DNA of 64,000 nt from positions 53,957 through 117,956 of the forward strand of contig NZ_JAQTLH010000005.1 of NCBI RefSeq assembly GCF_028714975.1, given 5' to 3'. The translations under genes were made by a program, and so were the position numbers. Below are positions 46,202 to 55,150 of the stretch, one piece after another (position 1 is the stretch's first letter; each line of letters starts with the position of its first letter). The notes under the pieces are model-generated. The model did not search any database, had not been told where the DNA came from, and saw only the letters and a list, made by a program, of their open reading frames with translations. The DNA is from Sulfurimonas sp. GTDB lineage: Bacteria; Campylobacterota; Campylobacteria; Campylobacterales; Sulfurimonadaceae.

Positions 46202-48362
46202 GTTATTTATATTTTTAATTATATTTGCCGTATATGCAGCCGGTGATAATAGAGTTGAAATATATGCAACAAAAATGGATACGAAAGATAATATTATTAC
46301 CGCTGAGGGAGAGGTGGTTATAGTATATCAAGACTATTATTTAAGTGCAAAACGAGCGATATACGATAGAAACAGCGGTGAATTAGAGCTTTTTGAAAAT
46401 ATTCGTGCTTCTCAGGGAGTGAATATTAAACTGCTCGGAGAGTATGCTAAATTAAATATAGCCGAGAAAGAGAGAACATTTAAACCGTTTTATATGTTAG
46501 AGAAAAAATCAGATGTTTGGTTAAGCGGTGTTAAAGGTTATGCAAAAGATACAGATATAAATGTAAAATCAGGTCTTATGAGCGGGTGCGATCCAAATAA
46601 TCCGCTTTGGAAAATGGAATTTACATCATCAGATTACGATACGGATACAATGTGGTTAAGTCTCTATAATGCGAGAATTTACATATATGATATCCTTGTT
46701 TTTTATACTCCATATTTCGGATACTCTTTAGATACGACTAGACGAACAGGTCTTTTGCCTCCGATGGTCGGACTCTCTAGTAAAGAGGGTTTTTTCTATG
46801 AGCAATCACTCTACATAGCTGAACAAAATTGGTGGGATTTAGAGCTAAGACCTCAGATAAGAAGTAATCGCGGTTCCGGTTTATACTCTACATTTAGATT
46901 TGTTGATAGTGAAATTTCAAAGGGCTTCTTAACCGCCGGTTATTTTAAAGAAAAAGAGGAGTACTTTCTTGAAAATAAGTTGGGAAATCAAGAACATTAC
47001 GGTTTTAAGTTCCTCTATGAAAACAGCGATGTCATAAATCAGTGGTTTAATACAAATTTTAAGGGTCAATCAGGTTTATATATGGACATTGTCAATATGA
47101 ACGATGTTGATTATATTAACCTTTCTTCGCATGATACGACAAAAAATGCTACGGCAAAGCAGTTACTCTCAAGAATAAATCTTTTTTATAATACCGATAA
47201 TGACTATTTCGGGGCATATTTTAAGCATTATAAAGATTTAACGCTAGATAGCAACGAAAAAACTCTTCAAAATCTTCCGGCGCTCCATTATCATAGATAT
47301 CTTGATACACTGCTTGATAATCATTTGTTGTATAGCACGGATATAAAGAGTAACAATTACTATAGAAATGTCGGCAAAAGTGCTGTTCAAACCGATTTAA
47401 ATATCCCTTTGACTCTTCAAACATCACTTTTTGACGAGTCTTTAAATATTGCGTATAAAACAAATTTATATGTACAGCACACAAGTTTTAAAGGTGAAGA
47501 GGAGAGCCTTCGGGTACCGGCTGGAGAGTATGACAGCGGTGTTTTTGCAAGAAACTATCATGCCGTATCCGCATCATCACAACTAACCCGTGCTTTTGAT
47601 GAAGTTACACATGTTATTGATTTCGGTACACAGTATCAAGTAGCAGGAACCGAGTTCGAGGACGGTTATTATAAAAAACAAAAAAATTACTGTTCCAAAT
47701 CTAGTAATAGATTTGACCCGATATGTGAATTTTATAATATTAAAGATATTGAAGAGAATTTACAACTATACTTTTCACACTATCTGCATGATATTTCAGG
47801 AAAACAGCTGTTTTACCATAGACTCTCACAAAATATTATATACAAGGAGACCGGTGGGCAAACGAGTGAACTAGAGAATGAGTTAGACTATCAGATAAGC
47901 AATCATTTAAATTTTTATAACAATATGTTTTATAACTATGATGAGAACGGTTTTTCTAAAAATTTCAATAAAATAGCATATACGGATGATAGTTTTAATA
48001 TTGGCTTAGCTCATATGTATAAAAACAGTTTTGTCGATATAGAGCCCCAAACTAGTTATATGACATCAAGTATAAGATATAGTTATAACAAACACTACTC
48101 TTACAGCTTCAGATATGATTATGATTTAGAAAGAAAAGATAAAAAAGGTTTTGAGATTGGATTTTTATACCAAAAGAAGTGTTGGGATTTTGGGCTTACA
48201 TATCTTGAAAATAATAGACCGATTCTTAATCAATACGGTCAGTCTGATTCAATATATGACAGGTATGTTTACATAACGATAAGACTCAAACCGATAATGG
48301 CACCTGATAGCAGATTGTCAGGTTTTGTATATAGACTTCCTGATAAATCAGAAGCAAAATAA
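46194..48362 (+). CDS. lptD: LPS-assembly protein LptD
   Basis: OstA-like N-domain 'IYATKMDTKDNIITAEGEVVIVYQDYYLSAKRAIYDRNSGELELFENI', then a ~550-aa Tyr/Asn-rich beta-barrel region. Confidence 0.8.
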   Translation: MLKLFIFLIIFAVYAAGDNRVEIYATKMDTKDNIITAEGEVVIVYQDYYLSAKRAIYDRNSGELELFENIRASQGVNIKLLGEYAKLNIAEKERTFKPFYMLEKKSDVWLSGVKGYAKDTDINVKSGLMSGCDPNNPLWKMEFTSSDYDTDTMWLSLYNARIYIYDILVFYTPYFGYSLDTTRRTGLLPPMVGLSSKEGFFYEQSLYIAEQNWWDLELRPQIRSNRGSGLYSTFRFVDSEISKGFLTAGYFKEKEEYFLENKLGNQEHYGFKFLYENSDVINQWFNTNFKGQSGLYMDIVNMNDVDYINLSSHDTTKNATAKQLLSRINLFYNTDNDYFGAYFKHYKDLTLDSNEKTLQNLPALHYHRYLDTLLDNHLLYSTDIKSNNYYRNVGKSAVQTDLNIPLTLQTSLFDESLNIAYKTNLYVQHTSFKGEEESLRVPAGEYDSGVFARNYHAVSASSQLTRAFDEVTHVIDFGTQYQVAGTEFEDGYYKKQKNYCSKSSNRFDPICEFYNIKDIEENLQLYFSHYLHDISGKQLFYHRLSQNIIYKETGGQTSELENELDYQISNHLNFYNNMFYNYDENGFSKNFNKIAYTDDSFNIGLAHMYKNSFVDIEPQTSYMTSSIRYSYNKHYSYSFRYDYDLERKDKKGFEIGFLYQKKCWDFGLTYLENNRPILNQYGQSDSIYDRYVYITIRLKPIMAPDSRLSGFVYRLPDKSEAK

Positions 48363-48397
48363 AAGCATAAAAATAGAGAAAATATTAGGAGAAGAAG

Positions 48398-50563
48398 ATG
48401 AAGTATGATGTTAAAGTAGATTTGAAAAATAGAAGTGAAGAGTATTCATTTGGTGAAGTTGCAAAGCAGGCAAACGGCTCGGCTTGGGTAAAAAGCGGCA
48501 ATACCGTTATATTGGCGACGGTTGTAATAGACGAGACGGAAATAGTAAAAGACGATTTTCTTCCTTTAACGGTTCAGTATATTGAAAAAACATACGCCGC
48601 AGGCAAAATCCCGGGCGGATTTTTTAAACGCGAAACAAAACCGAGTGATTTTGAAACTTTGACTTCTCGCATAGTCGACCGTTCTCTTCGCCCGCTTTTT
48701 CCAAAAGGATTTGGATATCCGACGCAGATTACAATTATGACGTTTAGTGTCGATAAAGAGTCTGATTTGCAAGTTTTGGCACTAAGTGCCGCTTCTGCCG
48801 CTTTGTTCGTGAGCAATATTGATATAAATACATCTGTATCCGCAGTAAGAGCCGCAAAAGTTGACGGAGAGCTTATACTAAATCCGACACTATCTCAGCT
48901 CAACAACTCTACGCTAGATCTCTATCTATCGGGAACAAAAGATGATCTTTTGATGATTGAGATGAGAAGCATGGGAGGAGAAAAAGTAGATAGCAGCTTG
49001 GTTATCGACCCTTTAATGGATCCGACGGTTAGCGCTCCGATTATAACAATGCATGTCTCAAATGCAGTGAATGAAGATGAATTGATAACTATCTTTGAAA
49101 AAACCCAGCAGCTGCTTTTTGAAAATAATGCCAAATATGAAGAAGCGTTTGGGGCATTTAAAAAAGAGACGATGGAGATGGAGTGCAAAGCGCATGTCAT
49201 AAATGAAGAGATGGTTAATTATGTACGAGAGCACCACTTTTTAGATATAAAATCTGCAATGAACCAAATGGCAAAATCAGAACGCTCGACGGCTCTAAGA
49301 CAACTCAGAAAGAAGATAATGCTAAATAAAGAGCATTGGGATGAAGTTGAGTTAAAAGATGCGATTGAAAAAGTAAAAAGAGAGCAGGTAAGGGCTCAGA
49401 TTTTAAATGAGAGAGTTAGAGCCGACGGCAGAGCGTTAAATGAGATTAGACCGATATCAATCAGTACAAATGTACTTCCGAGTGCGCACTCATCTTGTCT
49501 TTTTACCCGCGGGCAGACTCAAGCGTTGGTTGTTCTTACAATGGGCGGACCAAAAGATGCGCAAATGTTTGAAAATCTAACGGATGAGGGAACTCAAAAT
49601 GAGAACTTTATGGTTCATTATAACTTCCCGGGATTTAGCGTTGGTGAAGCATCTCCGATTATGGGAACAAAAAGAAGAGAGCTAGGGCACGGAAATCTTG
49701 CAAAAAGAGCGCTAGAGCCGATAGTAAATCTTAACGGACAAACAGTTCGTTTAGTTTCTGAAATATTAGAGTCAAACGGCTCATCTTCAATGGCTACTGT
49801 TTGCGGCGGATATATGGCGCTTCGTGCGGCCGATATCGATACAAGTGATGTTGTTGCCGGAATTGCTATGGGTATGGTAAGTGATGGCGATAAGTATGCA
49901 ATACTTTCAGACATTATGGGACTTGAAGATCATGACGGAGATTTAGATTTTAAAGTGACAGGCTCAAAAGATGGCATTACTGCTATGCAGATGGATATCA
50001 AGCTTGGCGGAATTAGTTTAAATGTTTTAAAAGAGGCACTTTATCAGGCTAAAGAGGGCAGAGCTCATATTATAGATATTATGGTTGAAGCAGAAAAAAA
50101 GATAAAGTTTAACGACGGTGTTTTACCGAGTACAGACTTTTTTCATATAAATCCAAGTTTTATCGGTGATATTATCGGTCAAGCAGGAAAAACTATTCGT
50201 GAAATAATCGAAAAGTTTGAAGTTGCAATCGACATAGATAAAAAAGACGGAAAAGTAAAAGTTACCGGCAAGAGCAAAAGCGGCGTAAAAGCTGCAAGAG
50301 AGCATATAGAAAAAATCGTAAGTGTTCCAAAAGTTGCTAAGATAGAGTATAAAGTCGGCGACAAATATAAAGGCATAGTTAAGAAAATAGTTGATTTCGG
50401 AGCTTTCATAGAACTTCCCGACGGAACTGACGGACTTATTCATATCTCTAAAATATCTGATCAAAGAGTAGATAAAGTAAGCGATGTAGTAAAAGAGGGT
50501 GATGAGATAGATGTTGAAATTTTAGAGTTTAAAGGTAACAAGATTTCATTAGGTCGCGCATAA
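48398..50563 (+). CDS. pnp: Polyribonucleotide nucleotidyltransferase (PNPase)
   Basis: Two RNase PH domains ('GGFFKRE', 'RADGR..NEIRPI', 'GSSSMATVCGG'), 'MGLEDHDGDLDFKV', a KH motif ('GQAGKTIREI') and a C-terminal S1 domain ('GAFIELPDGTDGLIHIS'). Confidence 0.95.
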   Translation: MKYDVKVDLKNRSEEYSFGEVAKQANGSAWVKSGNTVILATVVIDETEIVKDDFLPLTVQYIEKTYAAGKIPGGFFKRETKPSDFETLTSRIVDRSLRPLFPKGFGYPTQITIMTFSVDKESDLQVLALSAASAALFVSNIDINTSVSAVRAAKVDGELILNPTLSQLNNSTLDLYLSGTKDDLLMIEMRSMGGEKVDSSLVIDPLMDPTVSAPIITMHVSNAVNEDELITIFEKTQQLLFENNAKYEEAFGAFKKETMEMECKAHVINEEMVNYVREHHFLDIKSAMNQMAKSERSTALRQLRKKIMLNKEHWDEVELKDAIEKVKREQVRAQILNERVRADGRALNEIRPISISTNVLPSAHSSCLFTRGQTQALVVLTMGGPKDAQMFENLTDEGTQNENFMVHYNFPGFSVGEASPIMGTKRRELGHGNLAKRALEPIVNLNGQTVRLVSEILESNGSSSMATVCGGYMALRAADIDTSDVVAGIAMGMVSDGDKYAILSDIMGLEDHDGDLDFKVTGSKDGITAMQMDIKLGGISLNVLKEALYQAKEGRAHIIDIMVEAEKKIKFNDGVLPSTDFFHINPSFIGDIIGQAGKTIREIIEKFEVAIDIDKKDGKVKVTGKSKSGVKAAREHIEKIVSVPKVAKIEYKVGDKYKGIVKKIVDFGAFIELPDGTDGLIHISKISDQRVDKVSDVVKEGDEIDVEILEFKGNKISLGRA

Positions 50564-50728
50564 ATAGCGCTATCTATAGATTTCAACTAGTTTTTATCAT
50601 TTTTTCTGTAAAATCCCAAATCAGATTTTAGTAGGGAAACTTTTGCATTTATGTAGAAGTTGCTATATCCATAATGGATATGGTTACGCTAGCCGAAAAA
50701 GTTTGTAATAATTTTATTGGAGAAACTT

Positions 50729-51043
50729 ATGAAAAAAATTCTTTTCTTAATGGTAGCTTTAGCTACTGCTGCTTTAGCTGCTGACGGTGAGGTTGCAAAC
50801 CAAACTCTTAAAGCTTACTCAATGATCGCTGCAGGTCTTGGTCTTGGTCTTGCTGCTCTTGGTGGAGCTATCGGTATGGGTAATACTGCTGCTGCAACAA
50901 TCGCAGGAACTGCAAGAAATCCAGGTTTAGGTGCTAAACTTATGACAACTATGTTCATTGCTCTTGCGATGATCGAAGCTCAAGTTATTTACGCACTTGT
51001 AATTGCTCTTATAGCACTTTACGCAAACCCATATTTAGGTTAA
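50729..51043 (+). CDS. atpE: F0F1 ATP synthase subunit c
   Basis: The ORF track gives 50717 from TTG; the ATG at 50729 is preferred. Two TM helices, 'GLGLGLAALGGAIGMGN', the loop 'ARNPG', and the proton-binding Glu in 'LAMIEAQVIYALV'. Confidence 0.85.
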   Translation: MKKILFLMVALATAALAADGEVANQTLKAYSMIAAGLGLGLAALGGAIGMGNTAAATIAGTARNPGLGAKLMTTMFIALAMIEAQVIYALVIALIALYANPYLG

Positions 51044-51105
51044 TTATATCTAAATAGTTAAAGCACCTTTTAGGTGTTTTAACACAACCTCTTTAAATGT
51101 CTTAT

Positions 51106-51146
51106 GCGACCGTGGTGGAACGGTAGACACACTACCTTGAGGTAGT
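51106..51146 (+). pseudogene. tRNA-Leu 5'-half fragment (acceptor 5' strand, D arm, anticodon stem 5' side); no T arm or 3' acceptor
   Basis: GCGACCGTGGTGGAACGGTAGACACACTACCTTGAGGT matches the first ~38 nt of the intact tRNA at 51187 with 3 mismatches, then diverges. No CGGTCGC 3' strand occurs downstream. Confidence 0.7.
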
Positions 51147-51186
51147 GCTCCAAAGCATTGTGAAAGTAGAAGAAAAAGTAAAAAAA

Positions 51187-51271
51187 GCGGACGTGGTGGA
51201 ATGGTAGACACACTACCTTGAGGTGGTAGCGCATTACGTGTGTGGGGGTTCAAATCCCCCCGTCCGCACCA
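51187..51271 (+). tRNA. tRNA-Leu (anticodon GAG), class II with long variable arm, CCA encoded
   Basis: Hand-folded. Acceptor GCGGACG/CGTCCGC. D arm GTG-GAATGGTAGA-CAC. Anticodon stem CTACC/GGTAG with loop TTGAGGT. Variable arm CGCATTACGTGTGT. T arm GGGGG-TTCAAAT-CCCCC. Ends in ACCA. Confidence 0.9.
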
Positions 51272-51413
51272 TTTAATTCCCTATAATACGGGCTTTCAAC
51301 AATAAATAAAAAAACAAAAAAGTAATTGTATTCTCACGGACAAATTTGTTTTTCTTATATTCAATCAATTTTTTTTCAAATCAATTCGTTTTTCTAACTT
51401 GTCAGAATGTAAG

Positions 51414-51490
51414 CTTATTGACAGTCTTATTGCACACTTTTATTGCACAATTATGAAAATATTTTTGATTTTCAGTGATTTAATTGCACA
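51414..51490 (+). repeat. Four direct copies of TTATTG(C)ACA between tRNA-Leu and the island
   Basis: CTTATTGACA at 51414-51423, CTTATTGCACA at 51426-51436, TTATTGCACA at 51440-51449, TAATTGCACA at 51481-51490. The arrangement looks like operator or recombinase arm sites. Confidence 0.5.
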
Positions 51491-51530
51491 ATAAATTAAG
51501 TTTCATTTAATAACAATAATGAGTTTGTAC

Positions 51531-51944
51531 TTAGTTTAAAGAAGTATGAATATCAATAATACTATTTGTATGAGATTCATATTTTGCCAATTCTCCGAGT
51601 ATAAATTCTTCAAATCTATCTTTTGTAGAGTTCTCCACTAAATTATCTTGATAAAAAGAACAGTCTTCAATCCTCTCATTCATTTCACCTATTAGATATG
51701 AATAATCACGACTATTATTTTTACCTATAACAATGCATTCGTCTCCTTCTTCAGAGCGATTATTGAACTCTAAAAAATTAACTATTTCTTTATAACTATT
51801 TTTCATTCTTTCGAATAGTAAAAATAAATTGGTTTCTTCCCATTTTTTAAGTATTAAAGAATTTTTATTATCATCAAAGTAGAGAGTAGTTATTTCTATT
51901 CCTCTCCCAGTTTCAATATCTATGTTGTAAGTGTTAATTCCCAT
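51531..51944 (-). CDS. Small acidic hypothetical protein (137 aa), last gene of the RES cassette
   Basis: ORF lying 29 nt downstream of the previous gene on the same strand. D/E-rich. No recognisable motif. Confidence 0.55.
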   Translation of the reverse strand: MGINTYNIDIETGRGIEITTLYFDDNKNSLILKKWEETNLFLLFERMKNSYKEIVNFLEFNNRSEEGDECIVIGKNNSRDYSYLIGEMNERIEDCSFYQDNLVENSTKDRFEEFILGELAKYESHTNSIIDIHTSLN

Positions 51945-51973
51945 TTATTATTCCTTATAATATTTTTATAGCT

Positions 51974-52303
51974 CTAAACATATTCTTTAAATATGTTTTT
52001 AATGCCGTTATGTATGATATATTCTTCTTCATAAAAGAATTCAAGTAAATTATTATGAACGTGATTAACAAACAACATATATTTTTCATTCATATTTTCT
52101 TTAAGATACTCAAGTTGTTCTTCATCTTCATCCACAAAATAATGAGCTATATTTTCAAATTCTATGATATTACTATCAACTTCATCATTAATTATTTTTG
52201 AGTGAATTTCAATATCAATATTTTCACCATTGTGCTCAAATTGAAAATTTGTTTTTACATAAGGAGTTTCTTCATCTCCTACAAATACATTGAACGATAG
52301 CAT
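51974..52303 (-). CDS. Small highly acidic hypothetical protein (109 aa)
   Basis: Starts 20 nt after the RES gene stop. About a quarter of residues are D/E by eye ('VDEDEEQLEYLKENMNE', 'FFYEEEY'). No TM helix or signal peptide. Confidence 0.55.
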   Translation of the reverse strand: MLSFNVFVGDEETPYVKTNFQFEHNGENIDIEIHSKIINDEVDSNIIEFENIAHYFVDEDEEQLEYLKENMNEKYMLFVNHVHNNLLEFFYEEEYIIHNGIKNIFKEYV

Positions 52304-52323
52304 ATAATTCCTTTTAGTTAATT

Positions 52324-53325
52324 TTACAATTCTATTCTGCTTGAGGTAATTTGAATATTTTCTACAATATAAACTTCTGTTTCAATAGCATTTAATTTGT
52401 CATCAAAAAATATGGCATAGTTATCACCATCACCAACAGAACTTTTATAGATAACTCCATCAAAGCCACAATGTTTAATAAGTTCGCAAAGGTATTGACT
52501 TGATAAATATTTTAAATGTGCTTCTCTTGGTAAAATTGGCTTTGAAAGTTCGTCACCTAAATGCGTTAAAAATTCCAAATCTGCTATTCCACCTTCGGGA
52601 AGTTTGAACGGGGAGATAATCTTTCTCGGATTCCTTAAATCAGCAAAAATAAGTTTTTCAGATGATTGAAAGCTTGCGACTGTAATTGAATCTTTTTTAT
52701 GAGGTCTTATTTCTGCAATGGCAGTTTCTTTATTTGAAGCTGTATATAAATAAGAAATTCCTAAAGGGTTTGCACGTCCCGCACTTGCAATTTTAACAGG
52801 AGGCTTGCCCATATCTTTTTTATTAATACTATCAATATCAATATTGATTCTTGCACGATAAAAAAGTTCTGGAACTTCGTTTTGCGGTAAAATTATATAG
52901 TTTAGAAGTGTTTGTAAATGCTCATAATCTGGTGATTTTTGTGGAAAAAAACGATTCACATGTTTAAGCTCTTCCTTAAATTCTTTCCAATTCAGTATTT
53001 TAGTTTCATTTTCTTGTTTAGTTGGAATATATAATCCACTCATATTTTCTTGAAGGATGTCTTCTAATAATTTTAAAGTTGTTTCATCATTTAACTGTTG
53101 AAATAAGTTCCAATCATTTTTTAATAATGATGAAATTAATGAACCTTCTTCGTTTGATAGTTCATATCTTTCCAATAGTGGTTCAATATAGGCACTTAAT
53201 ATTTCTGTATTTATTAAAGAAGTATCTGATGTATGACAAAAATCACATTCACCTTTAGAATGTGATTTTCCCTCAATAATAGCACTAAGAAAATTATCAT
53301 TAAAACAATTTGAACAACAAAGCAT
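52324..53325 (-). CDS. Zn-ribbon N-terminal domain (HEPN/RES-NTD1-like) fused to a RES-domain NAD+-targeting toxin
   Basis: N-terminus 'MLCCSNCFNDNFL...SKGECDFCH' (CxxC...CxxC). RES triad context: 'SAGRANPLGISYLYTASNKETAIAEIRP' supplies R and E, and 'DGVIYKSSVGDGDNYAIF' supplies S. Confidence 0.75.
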   Translation of the reverse strand: MLCCSNCFNDNFLSAIIEGKSHSKGECDFCHTSDTSLINTEILSAYIEPLLERYELSNEEGSLISSLLKNDWNLFQQLNDETTLKLLEDILQENMSGLYIPTKQENETKILNWKEFKEELKHVNRFFPQKSPDYEHLQTLLNYIILPQNEVPELFYRARINIDIDSINKKDMGKPPVKIASAGRANPLGISYLYTASNKETAIAEIRPHKKDSITVASFQSSEKLIFADLRNPRKIISPFKLPEGGIADLEFLTHLGDELSKPILPREAHLKYLSSQYLCELIKHCGFDGVIYKSSVGDGDNYAIFFDDKLNAIETEVYIVENIQITSSRIEL

Positions 53326-54270
53326 TTATTGCTCTAGTAAGTATTTTGATATTAACTCTAAGTGATGTTGCATAGATAGTTTTTTTGCATAACCAAGACC
53401 TGGAAAATGGGCTTCTTCAAAAAAGTTTTTAAATTGTTGATAAGCTTCTGTTTTTAATATCAATGAATTCTCTTCTTCGACAGCTTTAACTAACTTTTCT
53501 AAAGCTTCTAGAAATTTTCCTGCTGGGTCTGTTGGTGTATCCACTCTATCTGAAACAAAATGACGAATATACATATCTTCATCTTCTTCTAAATATGTTA
53601 AATGAAGTGCAATAGCATATGCAGGACCGCCACTTTCTGAATAATCATCTCCTACTATTAGAAAATCTCCAAAGCCCTCCATCCCTTCATCATCATATGT
53701 AATATGCAAATCTGAAAAATGTTCTTTATGAGGGTAGTCTCTATTTTTATTCTTTTTGAATCCATCACGTATTAAAATTCTCGGGATACCATTTTTTTTA
53801 AATTGCTTTTGATACAGCTTCCCTGATTGAGCATCCATAAAAATATGTTTATTGATATTCGAAAAACTTTCTGTAAGCTCAGCTAGTTCTTTAGCTTTTG
53901 GATATCCATTATGAATAATCACAATAGATTTATCTAAATTATCATCTATGAAATCTTTAACTTCCAATAAATTACTTTCAGCATCTACAATATATGCAAT
54001 ACTGTATTTATCATATTCACGTAAAATTGTGTTAATCGTATTATCAAATATTGGGAGGGAATTACTTTTAAAGTCACCATACTTAGGGTTAATCACTAAA
54101 ATAAATTCTGTATTTTCTTTTTTTAGGGATTCTATAGCTTTATTTAAAGGTGCAAAGTTTTTTTTAACAGGCTCTATAATAGGTACCATTGCCGATTTAG
54201 TTATAAGTTTGGCATTTTCTCTGAGTAATATTAATTCGTTCTGCTTACCTCTAAGATATGGATGATACAT
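53326..54270 (-). CDS. Beta-protein / sce7725-like family protein
   Basis: The ORF track extends to 54297. The ATG at 54270 gives 'MYHPYLRGKQNELILLRE', the N-terminal hallmark I recall for the phage P4 Beta-protein / sce7725 family. Its stop abuts the RES gene start (53326/53325). Confidence 0.6.
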   Translation of the reverse strand: MYHPYLRGKQNELILLRENAKLITKSAMVPIIEPVKKNFAPLNKAIESLKKENTEFILVINPKYGDFKSNSLPIFDNTINTILREYDKYSIAYIVDAESNLLEVKDFIDDNLDKSIVIIHNGYPKAKELAELTESFSNINKHIFMDAQSGKLYQKQFKKNGIPRILIRDGFKKNKNRDYPHKEHFSDLHITYDDEGMEGFGDFLIVGDDYSESGGPAYAIALHLTYLEEDEDMYIRHFVSDRVDTPTDPAGKFLEALEKLVKAVEEENSLILKTEAYQQFKNFFEEAHFPGLGYAKKLSMQHHLELISKYLLEQ

Positions 54271-55150
54271 TGTAATCCTTTTTGTTAAAAATAACATTCA
54301 TCTTTTGATTTAATAGATATGAAAAATCTTTTTGTTCTTCCATGGATAAGTCTGATTCTAATACTGCGATTTTTAGAGAATTAGGAAATAAGCTTATTGT
54401 GCTAATGAAATTCTTGTGATTTTTACGTTCTTTAAAAGTTCTTAACATTTCTTTATGAATAATTTCAATAGGTAGCTTTATAAATAATTCTTTGCAAGCT
54501 GAATAAATTTTTGTATTTGGTAAGTCAGGAACAGAATTATAGAATTTCTGAATGATTTGTAGATATTCATTTTTACGTAAAAGATTAAACATAGATTCTT
54601 TATTAAGTCTATTCAAACCAGATTTAGCTTTGCGTATTGTCCTTAGCGTGTATTTATCTGTTAATATAATTATCCCTACTGATTCATCAATCAAAGATTT
54701 GATTTCATCTATTTTTGATTCTACAGAAACCACATTCACATATTCAAAAACTTTTTTATAGTTTTCAATTTGGCTTTCAAGTCGCTCAAAATTATCTAGT
54801 TCCGTTTTAATTTCATATACATGTGAAGTTCCATTAAATATGACAACATCAGCTTTAGATGTTTCAACACGCAATTCCGTAAATAAAGAAGAAGAGTTTA
54901 TAGAATGTCGTCCTATTAAGATTTTTTGGGCGATAGCATTCTTGAAAATATATTCATTTCGATATGTTTTTAAAAGTTGTTTATAAGAGCTTTCAAAAAA
55001 ATCTTTTAGTGTAATATTCTGATAAATTTTATCAAGCATATTAAACTCATCAAAAAATTTCACCAATCGCCCAGAATGATGATTGTAAAAAAAATCTCTT
55101 AAAACATTGGATGTAAAAAGGTAAGATAATGCTATATTGTTTTTTTGCAC
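54251..55150 (-). CDS. PD-(D/E)xK nuclease-fold protein, sce7726-like
   Basis: 'YRNEYIFKNAIAQKILIGRHS...FTELRVETSKADVVIFNGTSHVYEIKTELD' carries E...D-x(n)-E-x-K. GTG start with an AAGGGG RBS. A TAAAAT -10-like box lies at 55176-55181 on the minus strand. The 3' end overlaps the next gene by 20 nt. Confidence 0.6.
   Translation of the reverse strand: MQKNNIALSYLFTSNVLRDFFYNHHSGRLVKFFDEFNMLDKIYQNITLKDFFESSYKQLLKTYRNEYIFKNAIAQKILIGRHSINSSSLFTELRVETSKADVVIFNGTSHVYEIKTELDNFERLESQIENYKKVFEYVNVVSVESKIDEIKSLIDESVGIIILTDKYTLRTIRKAKSGLNRLNKESMFNLLRKNEYLQIIQKFYNSVPDLPNTKIYSACKELFIKLPIEIIHKEMLRTFKERKNHKNFISTISLFPNSLKIAVLESDLSMEEQKDFSYLLNQKMNVIFNKKDYNVSSIS

Noticed and set aside
51050-51253. 67-aa minus-strand ORF from the ORF track.
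   Set aside because: It lies entirely over the tRNA-Leu fragment and the intact tRNA-Leu. Its repeated 'PPQGSVST(I/V)PPR' simply mirrors the duplicated tRNA sequence.
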